64,000 nt of DNA from an uncultured Haloferula sp. (GTDB lineage: Bacteria; Verrucomicrobiota; Verrucomicrobiia; Verrucomicrobiales; Akkermansiaceae): positions 1 to 64,000 of the forward strand of contig CBFGTS010000001.1 in the NCBI GenBank assembly GCA_965652295.1. Reading direction: 5' to 3'. A program made the position numbers and the translations under genes. Below are positions 47,508-54,919 of the stretch, in pieces (within the stretch, counting starts at the first letter, position 1; each line of letters opens with the position of its first letter). A model generated the notes under the pieces. That model searched no databases and had not been told where the DNA came from. It saw only the letters and a program-made list of their open reading frames with translations.

Positions 47508-48245
47508 ATGCAGGAGCAACCGCCGCCGGGATCCGATGAGTGGGTGAAGGAGAGACCCGACAGGGTGAGAGGGGGCACGAGCAGGAGAAGCTTCATCGCG
47601 ATGTGCGTGGTCGGGGTAGTGGCGGTTTTGTTCTGCGGGGCGGTGATTTTCTCATCGCTGGTGGTCCGCCATGGCCGGCGGGACCACGACAAACATCAAG
47701 CGATCAACAATGCCAAGCAGGTGGGGATGTATTTGTTGGAGTTCGACATGGAGTTCGGCTCGTTTCCCGGCGACAACACCGCCGCGGATGTGGTGAAAGC
47801 TACGGGCAGCACCCTGGACTTTTCCGATGGCAGCTCGAACGCAGCCTTCCGCCAGTTGATCGCCTATGGTTGTGACAACGAGGGCATCTTTCACGTTCGA
47901 CACCCCGAGACCGCGACCCGCCGACCGGACTGGAGGATCGACGGAGCCCATGCCTTGGAAAGCGGGGAGGTGGGCTTCAGCTATGTTCACGGGCTGGACT
48001 CCAGCTGCCCCGTGGAAACGCCCGTCTTGCTCACCCCGATGAACTCGGGGAGCCATGACCGGTTCTGGGCGACGGAATTGTTCAAGAAGCAGGCCATCGT
48101 GCTTCGTGCCGACAATTCGATTTTGATGGCCCCCGTCCGCACGTCTGACCAGAAGGCGGTGGATGAGGTGGGGGTGCCCGTTCTCGATGTCTCCCAGTCC
48201 TATCTCGGCGGCAAATGGCCGGACATCCGCCATCCAGAGTTTTAG
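47508..48245 (+). CDS. Pilin/pseudopilin-like membrane-anchored protein
   Basis: One TM segment, then QAINNAKQVGMYLLEFDMEFGSFP (typical PVC pilin-like helix) and AIVLRADNS; no canonical GFTLIE leader. Confidence 0.6.
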   Translation: MQEQPPPGSDEWVKERPDRVRGGTSRRSFIAMCVVGVVAVLFCGAVIFSSLVVRHGRRDHDKHQAINNAKQVGMYLLEFDMEFGSFPGDNTAADVVKATGSTLDFSDGSSNAAFRQLIAYGCDNEGIFHVRHPETATRRPDWRIDGAHALESGEVGFSYVHGLDSSCPVETPVLLTPMNSGSHDRFWATELFKKQAIVLRADNSILMAPVRTSDQKAVDEVGVPVLDVSQSYLGGKWPDIRHPEF

Positions 48246-48279
48246 TGGAAACGGGAGCGCGGAGCAAGCGGCGGGGGGC

Positions 48280-48337
48280 TTGGAACGCGAGCTTCAGTTC
48301 GCCCATGTGGCCGGGCGAGCTGAAGCTCGCGTTCCCA
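48280..48337. repeat. REPIN 3
   Basis: TTGGAACGCGAGCTTCAGTTCGC-CCATGTGGCCGG-GCGAGCTGAAGCTCGCGTTCCCA. Confidence 0.9.
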
Positions 48338-48384
48338 TGCCGGATTTCACCGCGAAGCCCAACGCTTCGCCCTCCCTCAAACGC

Positions 48385-48870
48385 TCAGTCATCCGGGCCG
48401 AAGTAAGACGTCTCCCTTCCCTCCGCATCGACACAGAGGCGCTGCGGTTTGAGGAAGCGTTTGCCGCTCTCCGGATAGCTGCACACATCCTCTCGCGGAT
48501 GGTCCGCCACCAGCAGATAGCGCAGGTCCGTCTCTCCCGTGTTCTCCAGCCGGTGTGCCTCGCCCGGTCCGCAGAAGATCACGTCTCCCGCTGACACCGG
48601 CCGCCGCGCGCCGTCGCTGCCGTGCATCACCCCGCAGCCTTCGAGGAGCAGGTAAAGCTCGGACTGGGCCGAGTGGTGGTGCAGCGGAAAATTCGACCTC
48701 CCCGCCGGAAGCCGGGCCAGCTCCAGATCGAAGGGATGTCCACCGCCCCAGGTCCCCACGTCCTTGAGCCCGCCCACCGCCCCACTCAGCCATTTTCGGA
48801 ACAGGAGGAACCGTCCTCCCGGCGAGCCCCACCGCTCCTCCTCAATGCTGTCCAGGTTCACCTGTTTCAT
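48385..48870 (-). CDS. Cupin domain protein
   Basis: LARLPAGRSNFPLHHHSAQSELYLLLEGCG...AGDVIFCGPGEAHRLENTG...DVCSYPESGK. Confidence 0.9.
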   Translation of the reverse strand: MKQVNLDSIEEERWGSPGGRFLLFRKWLSGAVGGLKDVGTWGGGHPFDLELARLPAGRSNFPLHHHSAQSELYLLLEGCGVMHGSDGARRPVSAGDVIFCGPGEAHRLENTGETDLRYLLVADHPREDVCSYPESGKRFLKPQRLCVDAEGRETSYFGPDD

Positions 48871-48910
48871 CGTTCCATCCTGCCACCGCTTCCCCGGGGT
48901 GAACAGATAC

Positions 48911-48979
48911 AGATGGGAGATCGAGGATGGAGGATCGTGGATCGCAGCCCGAAAGAGCCTTCCAAGTTCGCAACCCCGC
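48911..48979 (+). repeat. Heptamer-tailed element, left copy
   Basis: GATGGGA GATCGAG GATGGAG GATCGTG GATCGCA plus core GCCCGAAAGAGCCTTCCAAGTTCGC; inverted relative to 52010-52090. Confidence 0.8.
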
Positions 48980-49268
48980 AAGAGCCCTCTCCTCCTCGAT
49001 AGAAAGCCCAACCGGCACTCGGCCGCAGGCGAAAAGGAGCGGCGGGCATCGACCGCCGGGCAGGGTCCCCTCGCGGCCTTTCCCCCCCCCCAAGCACCCC
49101 GGGCCGGATGCCCAGGCGGTCCTGCATCAGATCTGCTGGCGCCTGAATTGCATCGATGATTTGCCATGCTCCGAAGAGCGCGTCCAGCTACACGGAGCAG
49201 GTAACCCGCTCGCCCCTTTAAGCAGCAATTTGAATCGAATTCCTCCTATCGAACGAACCGCAAACACA

Positions 49269-50249
49269 TCAAATCGCCGCTTTAAGAAAAATTTGCGTCC
49301 GGTGGTAGTCGAGGAAGTGACGCTGGTCCCCGTTAAAGCGTCCGACAAAAAAGGGCCGATCGACCCTCACTCCCATCTTTTCTACCGAGTCTTTGTCGGC
49401 CACGGGCGAAAGGAGCACCTCCCCGTCGTCGGCGAAGGAAATGAACCCGCGATCAAAGAGATGGTCAATTGAGGGGGTTAGCATCAGCCCGTTGCCTCCA
49501 CTGAGCCGCTCGTCATCCGTCGATTCTCGCCATGGCTTAATGTGACTGGCGACGAGATGAGCCGTATTCCGGACGTGGGTGATTCGGCATTCATGCTCGA
49601 AACGGTGCACATCATGCCGGAACCTCCCCTGGCCTTTCCGTGCCGAAACGAGAGCTTTCCTGGTTGTCTCTGGCAAATCGGTCCGGGCAAGGATCAAAGC
49701 TTGAATTTGTTCTTCCCAGTCAAAAAGGGCATTTGGCTCATCGATGCAAATTGGGCTTTCCTCCTGAAGCGTCCTGTCGAGCTCCACAAGGGCGAGGAGT
49801 CCGGGCTCCGCGAGCTGGATAAGGGTCACTGCGAGAGACCGGGGAATCTCTGAGAGGTAGGCACCTTGGTTTCCATGCCCATTTTTTTGGATCGGTGAAT
49901 ACTGTTTGGGTAGCAGATGGACGATCCTCCTGATCACACCCTTGACCCGCAAAGGCTGACGAAATTGCTGAAACGCAACATCCACTCGCCAGCCAAGATC
50001 ATTCCAGGCATCGCCGATCTTACCAAATTCGCCGGGCTTGGGACACGAGTAGCAAGTGATCTTGGCTGGCCCAACCGCTTGGAGTTGGGCGAAGGCGAAA
50101 GAGAAAATCAGGTCGCCCTGCCGAACTTCGCGCAATGTCTCGTAGTAGTGATTCCGGCGACCGTTTTTCTTCACTTTGGGACACCAAATGTAGCCGCTTC
50201 CCACCTCGTGATGGAACGTCTGCCTGTGATTGACCCACCAGAATCGCAT
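49269..50249 (-). CDS. HNH endonuclease with an N-terminal EVE/PUA-like domain (putative modification-dependent restriction enzyme)
   Basis: MRFWWVNHRQT..EVGSGYIWCPK..GDLIFSF; ARKGQGRFR; CRIT; LVASHIKPW; NGLMLTPSIDHLFDRGFISF; FLDYHR. Visibly more AT-rich than its neighbours. Confidence 0.85.
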   Translation of the reverse strand: MRFWWVNHRQTFHHEVGSGYIWCPKVKKNGRRNHYYETLREVRQGDLIFSFAFAQLQAVGPAKITCYSCPKPGEFGKIGDAWNDLGWRVDVAFQQFRQPLRVKGVIRRIVHLLPKQYSPIQKNGHGNQGAYLSEIPRSLAVTLIQLAEPGLLALVELDRTLQEESPICIDEPNALFDWEEQIQALILARTDLPETTRKALVSARKGQGRFRHDVHRFEHECRITHVRNTAHLVASHIKPWRESTDDERLSGGNGLMLTPSIDHLFDRGFISFADDGEVLLSPVADKDSVEKMGVRVDRPFFVGRFNGDQRHFLDYHRTQIFLKAAI

Positions 50250-50513
50250 TGAATTGGCTGATATCAAACTCTGGGACGCGGATTGGCAATCCCAAGAAAT
50301 CGTAGATGGCGCGGGCCTTGACTCTGAATCGTCGGCTGGCGCTCAGGACCACGTCACAAAAGCTTCCATATCCCATGGGTCTACTGTCGTTTAGGATGTT
50401 TTGGATCTGCTGGCCCGGCTCAGAGGGCACGACGGAGTAGAATGGAAATTTCGAAACGCGGCGAAGGCGGAAACGGGAGCGTTGCGGGGGGCTGTGGATG
50501 CCTATAAGCCCCT

Positions 50514-51785
50514 TCAAACAGCAGAAGACTTTGCAACAGGAACGCACGCTTGATGCAGAGCCCCTTCCAGAGCTTGTAGATCGTTCATGCCTGTCACCGG
50601 AACCCGGATGAGCGGAACGAGAGTGTGGCGGAAGAGGGCATTGAGGAAATCGTCGCGCTCGATGCGGTCAGGGCGTTGATGGCTCGCGTCGTCGAGTTCA
50701 ATGGCGGCGAGAATCCGGCTGGTGGAGCGCTCGGTGAGGACGAAGTCCAAGTGTTTACAGGAAATCCGATTGAAGCGGGATTGAAAGCCGGGGACGTGCG
50801 CGAGGTGGAACAAATCAGCGAGGCGGACTTTGCAGGAGATGGAGATGCCGGACGGGAGGAGGGTTTCTAGCGTGTCCAGAAACCGATGTTCGGTGGGCGA
50901 GTTCAGCAACGTCTTGGTGGAGATCCCACGGAAATCGTAGGCGTCGGACTTCTCCACCTCTGCGGGAAGGGGAGGTGGGGTGGGTGATGGGCGACGGGTA
51001 CAAGGTGGGTCTGGTTTGAGCCGGCGGAGGCCGAAGATGACAAGGGCCAGGGCAAGTCCGAGGCCGGAGGCGACGAGGAGGGGGCGAAGTCCATGAACGA
51101 AGGAGCGGGTGATTTTGTCGGCGGAGGGCGTCTGCGGGGGACGTGACGGTGGAACGGGGGCCTCGGCGCGGCGGGTGGAAGCCTGAGGTAGGGTGTTCGC
51201 CGGCGAACGAGCAGGCGGGATGCGCTGGGGCTCGGCTGAGGCGGCTTTCGAGGGGAGAATCTTCGACGGAATGACAAGTGGGCGATCGTTGACCGGACGC
51301 AGATAGGTCGAGGCAAACGAGGACGCGGTCCATTGTCCCGAACGTTGTTCGACGCGGACCGTGGGTGGGAGGCCGAGCGGGAGGCCGCTCTGCCATGGAC
51401 CCCAGAGGGAGTCCTTGCCCTGTCGGCGGTAGGCGGCGGCATCCACGTGGATGAGAATCCGCTGTTGGATGCCATTGGCGCGATCGGCCTCTGACAAGGC
51501 GTCGAGGGTGAGAAGGGAGAAATGTAGCCCTTTGACCTCCGTCCACAGCGAGCTGCCCGCGACGGTTGCGCAGCAGAAGTTCTCCCCGTATTTGCGGAGA
51601 AAGGGTGAGAGGTGGAGTGTGGCGGCATCAATGGCTTCCTTTGCCGTTCTTTCGGGGATGGGCTGTGTCAACGCCGCTGCTTTTCGAAGCCCGAGGAAAA
51701 CCGGATTCTCTGCCCTCACCGTGACGGCGGTAAGAAAGAGGAAGAAGATGAAAGCAAGGCGCATGACGGGATGATGATAGGTCAT
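50514..51785 (-). CDS. Membrane-anchored DUF2726 domain protein
   Basis: N-terminal signal, Pro-rich linker and TM segment, then LLNSPTEHRF..KVRLADL..KHLDFVL..AIELDDASH..RDDFLN..PLIRV (DUF2726). Start may be the second Met. Confidence 0.78.
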   Translation of the reverse strand: MTYHHPVMRLAFIFFLFLTAVTVRAENPVFLGLRKAAALTQPIPERTAKEAIDAATLHLSPFLRKYGENFCCATVAGSSLWTEVKGLHFSLLTLDALSEADRANGIQQRILIHVDAAAYRRQGKDSLWGPWQSGLPLGLPPTVRVEQRSGQWTASSFASTYLRPVNDRPLVIPSKILPSKAASAEPQRIPPARSPANTLPQASTRRAEAPVPPSRPPQTPSADKITRSFVHGLRPLLVASGLGLALALVIFGLRRLKPDPPCTRRPSPTPPPLPAEVEKSDAYDFRGISTKTLLNSPTEHRFLDTLETLLPSGISISCKVRLADLFHLAHVPGFQSRFNRISCKHLDFVLTERSTSRILAAIELDDASHQRPDRIERDDFLNALFRHTLVPLIRVPVTGMNDLQALEGALHQACVPVAKSSAV

Positions 51786-51984
51786 GCTGCTCGCGGGTGG
51801 TCTTACGTGAAGGAGGGGCGGAAAGAAGGAACGACGTCAGTTGTCAGCGGGAGCCGGGGTCGCCTGTCTGGTGCTTGGTCGAGAGGCAGGAGCGAACGTT
51901 TGGGTTCCTTATTCGATCTGCCGTCGGCCATCTGCTTCGCGACCTTGGCGGTGCGTCGATTGCCGGGGGTGCAGGGACAGTGAA

Positions 51985-52005
51985 ACCGCCTGAAGGCGGA
52001 ACTAC
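51985..52005 (-). repeat. Single GTAG-type REP
   Basis: The reverse strand reads GTAG-TT-CCGCC-TTCA-GGCGG-T. Confidence 0.65.
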
Positions 52006-52009
52006 ATAC

Positions 52010-52090
52010 GCGGGTGGCGAACTTGAAAGGTCCTTTCGGGCTGCGATCCGTGATCTACCATCTGCCATCCACAATCTTCCATCTCCCATC
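52010..52090 (-). repeat. Heptamer-tailed element, right (inverted) copy
   Basis: The reverse complement of 52012-52049 matches 48939-48976 at 34 of 38 nt; followed by GATCCGT GATCTAC CATCTGC CATCCAC AATCTTC CATCTCC. Confidence 0.8.
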
Positions 52091-52430
52091 AAGGCCGCTT
52101 GCCCTTCGGCAACGAGGCGACGACCAGGGCGTAGGAATGGTCGATCCACTCTGCGATGAGTTCGGAAGGGATGGAGCCGTCGAGGGTGACGGTGTTCCAG
52201 TGCTTCTTGTTCATGTGGTAGCCGGGGATGACGCCATCGAAGGATTCGCGGAGCTCGAGGGCGCGGTCGGGATCGCACTTCAGGTTCATGCGCGGCGGGA
52301 AGTCGGAGGGATCGGCGAGGGCGAACATCTTGCCGGCGACCTTGTAAACCAGCACGTCCGGACCGAAGGGGGTGGTCTCCTCGGCGGCGGGCTTGGAGAG
52401 GCAGTAGGCGATCGCGTCGGGGAGGTCCAT
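52089..52430 (-). CDS. MmcQ/YjbR family DNA-binding protein
   Basis: YCLSKPAAEETTPFGPDVLVYKVAGKMFAL; NLKCDP; PGYHMNKKHWNTV; IDHSYALV. Confidence 0.95.
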   Translation of the reverse strand: MDLPDAIAYCLSKPAAEETTPFGPDVLVYKVAGKMFALADPSDFPPRMNLKCDPDRALELRESFDGVIPGYHMNKKHWNTVTLDGSIPSELIAEWIDHSYALVVASLPKGKRP

Positions 52431-52435
52431 GGGGA

Positions 52436-52627
52436 GAGTTTGCTGGTTTTCAGCCCCGACGGGTCGGGGTGCCTGCCGGCATTTTCAGGAGAGGCGGGGG
52501 AGGGAGTTTGCTAGTGTTCAGTTTTCAGTGTTCAGGCAAAAGGCAAAAGGCAAAAGGCAAAAGGCGAAAGGCGAAAGGCGAGAGCGGGAGAGCGGGAGAG
52601 CGGGAGAGCGGGAGAGCGGGAGAGCGG
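52436..52627 (+). repeat. Direct-repeat copy A plus heptamer/octamer tandem array
   Basis: The 54-nt core at 52436-52489 recurs at 54639-54692; ten in-register heptamers at 52513-52582, then (AGCGGGAG)x5. Confidence 0.88.
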
Positions 52628-52642
52628 TTGGGATGGGGACGC

Positions 52643-53311
52643 TCAGTCCCAGGTCTCGCGTTTGAGGATTTCGAGGAGGCAGCGGTTGTCGTAGGTGGTC
52701 AGGCGGATCCAGTCGAAGTGGAGTGCGGCCAGACCGAGGCCGACGCCGCCGAGGAAGCCGCCGATATGGGCCCAGTAGGCGATCATCCCGCCGCCGGTGG
52801 CGGCACCCCAGACATCGAAGGCGAACCAGGCGAGGATGACCCAGAAGGCGCGGCAGGAAAAGGTGCCGCCGCGGATCAGGAAAACCCAGAAGAGATAGAC
52901 GCGGTTCAAGGGATACATGGCGAAGACGACGCCGACGATGCCGTTGATGGCGCCGCTCGCACCGATGGCGGGGCTGCCGTCCATCAGGTTGTGGACGGTC
53001 GCGGAGACCAGCGTGGCGGCGAGGAACAGCGTCAGGTATTTGAGGTTGCCGATGTTGGAGCAGATGGCGTTTCCAAAGACCCAGAGGAAGATCATGTTGC
53101 CGATCAGGTGGATGAGATCGGCATGGATCAGGACGTGCCCGAAAAGACCGGGCAGCGTGAACCCGTCGAGCACGAGGGGCTCGACCCAGCTTCCCTCGCC
53201 GGCGAACATGGCCAGCAGGGAGACGAGGGAGCAGGAGGCCACGATGAGCCAGTTCGCCCACGGGCGCTCCTGGATCAGGGTTTCGATTTCGTAGGGGACG
53301 AAGAAGAGCAC
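52643..53311 (-). CDS. Rhomboid family intramembrane serine protease
   Basis: HADLIHLIGNMIFLWVFG; IGASGAING (catalytic Ser); IAYWAHIGGFLGG (catalytic His). Confidence 0.95.
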   Translation of the reverse strand: MLFFVPYEIETLIQERPWANWLIVASCSLVSLLAMFAGEGSWVEPLVLDGFTLPGLFGHVLIHADLIHLIGNMIFLWVFGNAICSNIGNLKYLTLFLAATLVSATVHNLMDGSPAIGASGAINGIVGVVFAMYPLNRVYLFWVFLIRGGTFSCRAFWVILAWFAFDVWGAATGGGMIAYWAHIGGFLGGVGLGLAALHFDWIRLTTYDNRCLLEILKRETWD

Positions 53312-53446
53312 GGGAGGGCCGTTCTAACAGATTACGGAAGGGTTTGGAATGGGAAAGAGAGGCATGTTTACAAGCCCGATGGCGGTGCTGATTCGCCATC
53401 TGCGGCTATCTGTGACCCGGAGGTGAATCCATCTCCCGCAGAGGCG

Positions 53447-53504
53447 CACGGAGGCGGAGGATGAGTCTTCCCTCCGTGACCTCCGTTTTCTCCGCATCTC
53501 CGTG
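53447..53504. repeat. Short 8-9-nt tandem repeats with a complementary arm
   Basis: CACGGAGG CGGAGG ... CCTCCGTGA CCTCCGTTT TCTCCGCA TCTCCGTG. Confidence 0.5.
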
Positions 53505-53764
53505 CCCGGAAGAATGCCTGTCCAACCGGGAACCATCCCGATGTCTTCTGACGACGTCCGGTGAATCAAGCCCGATCGGTGATCATCTCCTGCATCTGCG
53601 GTTCTTTCCCTCCCGGGTTCGATCGCCGGCAGCAAAACCGCCTGGAGGCAGAACGACATGCGAAGGTGGCGAGCCGGAAACGGTTGCTTGGTGCTGTCGC
53701 TGGAGGTTTGCGGGGGAGCCTTCTTCCGTTTGGCCGGGCGGAGGAACCGGGCTATGGGGAGGGG

Positions 53765-54631
53765 GTGAAACGATGGTGCCGGAGATTCGGAGGTGCTCTG
53801 CTGGTCGCTTGCTGCCTGGGCAGGGCGGCGGCGGAAGGGGAGCAGGGGTTTTCCAGGAAGATGCAGGAACTGGAGGGCCGGCACGGGGGAAGGCTGGGGG
53901 TGGCGGTTGTGGAGGTGGGGAAACCGGAGCGGCACAGATCGCATCGGGGCGGAGAGCGCTTCGCGATGTGCAGCACGTTCAAGTTCCTGCTGGCGGCGGC
54001 GGTGGCGGCGCGGGTGGACGCGGGGGAGGAAAGTTGGTCGCGACCGATCTCCTATGGAAAAGACGACCTGCTGGAGTGGGCTCCGGTGACGGGCAGAGCG
54101 GAGCATCTGGAGGCGGGTTCGATGACCGTCGGGCAGCTCTGCGAGGCGGCGATGATCTGGAGCGACAACCCGGCGGCCAATCTGCTGCTGGCGACGATGG
54201 ACGGGCCGGCGGGGCTGACGCGTTTTCTTCGGGGAATCGGAGACGAAACGACCCGGCTGGACCGGACGGAGCCGGAGCTGAACACGAACCTGCCGGGAGA
54301 TGTGCGGGACACGAGCACGCCGGAGGCGATGGCGGCGACGATGGAGAAAATCCTTTTCGGCGAGGTGCTGACGGAGGCGTCGCGGAAGAAGCTCGAAGGC
54401 TGGCTGGTCGATAATCGCACGGGCGACAAGCGGCTACGCGCGGGGATGCCGGCTGGCTGGCGGGTGGGCGACAAGACGGGCACCAGTGGCAATGGCGCGG
54501 CGAATGACATCGCGGTGGTCTGGCCGGATGAGGGACTGCCCTTCGTGGTGGTGGTGTTCTACGACGTGAAGGATGCGACGGCGGAGGAACGGGATGCGGT
54601 GATTGCGGGGGTGGGAGCGGCGAGTAGGTAA
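53765..54631 (+). CDS. Class A beta-lactamase
   Basis: ERFAMCSTFK (SxxK), SDN, DRTEPELN (E166/N170), RDTSTP, GDKTGT, NDIAVVWP; signal peptide from the probable GTG at 53765. Confidence 0.93.
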   Translation: MKRWCRRFGGALLVACCLGRAAAEGEQGFSRKMQELEGRHGGRLGVAVVEVGKPERHRSHRGGERFAMCSTFKFLLAAAVAARVDAGEESWSRPISYGKDDLLEWAPVTGRAEHLEAGSMTVGQLCEAAMIWSDNPAANLLLATMDGPAGLTRFLRGIGDETTRLDRTEPELNTNLPGDVRDTSTPEAMAATMEKILFGEVLTEASRKKLEGWLVDNRTGDKRLRAGMPAGWRVGDKTGTSGNGAANDIAVVWPDEGLPFVVVVFYDVKDATAEERDAVIAGVGAASR

Positions 54632-54638
54632 GTGGTGG

Positions 54639-54810
54639 GAGTTTGCTGGTTTTCAGTCCCGACGGGTCGGGGTGCCTGCCGGCATTTTCAGGGGGAGCGG
54701 GGAGACTTTGCTGGTTTTCAGTGTTCAGTGTTCAGGAAGAAGCGGTAGGCGACTGAAAAGGGCGGTAGCCATCTCTTATCTGCTATCGACGATCTCCCAT
54801 CTGCCGACAG
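54639..54810 (+). repeat. Direct-repeat copy B plus heptamer tract
   Basis: GAGTTTGCTGGTTTTCAGTCCCGACGGGTCGGGGTGCCTGCCGGCATTTTCAGG (1 mismatch to copy A); GTTTTCA GTGTTCA GTGTTCA; CATCTCT TATCTGC TATCGAC GATCTCC CATCTGC. Confidence 0.85.
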
Positions 54811-54919
54811 GCGGGGATGGCTGAAGCCTGCCCTGACTTTCGCAAACCGGAGGTTCGCGCCACAGGTCGCGGGGCACTGGGGGTTTGAGCTGGAAGGGAA
54901 ATGGCGGTAGGGGGTGAGG

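Noticed and set aside
46661..48337. Repeat-spacer-repeat units as a CRISPR array
   Set aside because: The repeats are inverted doublets with 12-nt spacers dispersed around a RAYT, and no cas genes are present.
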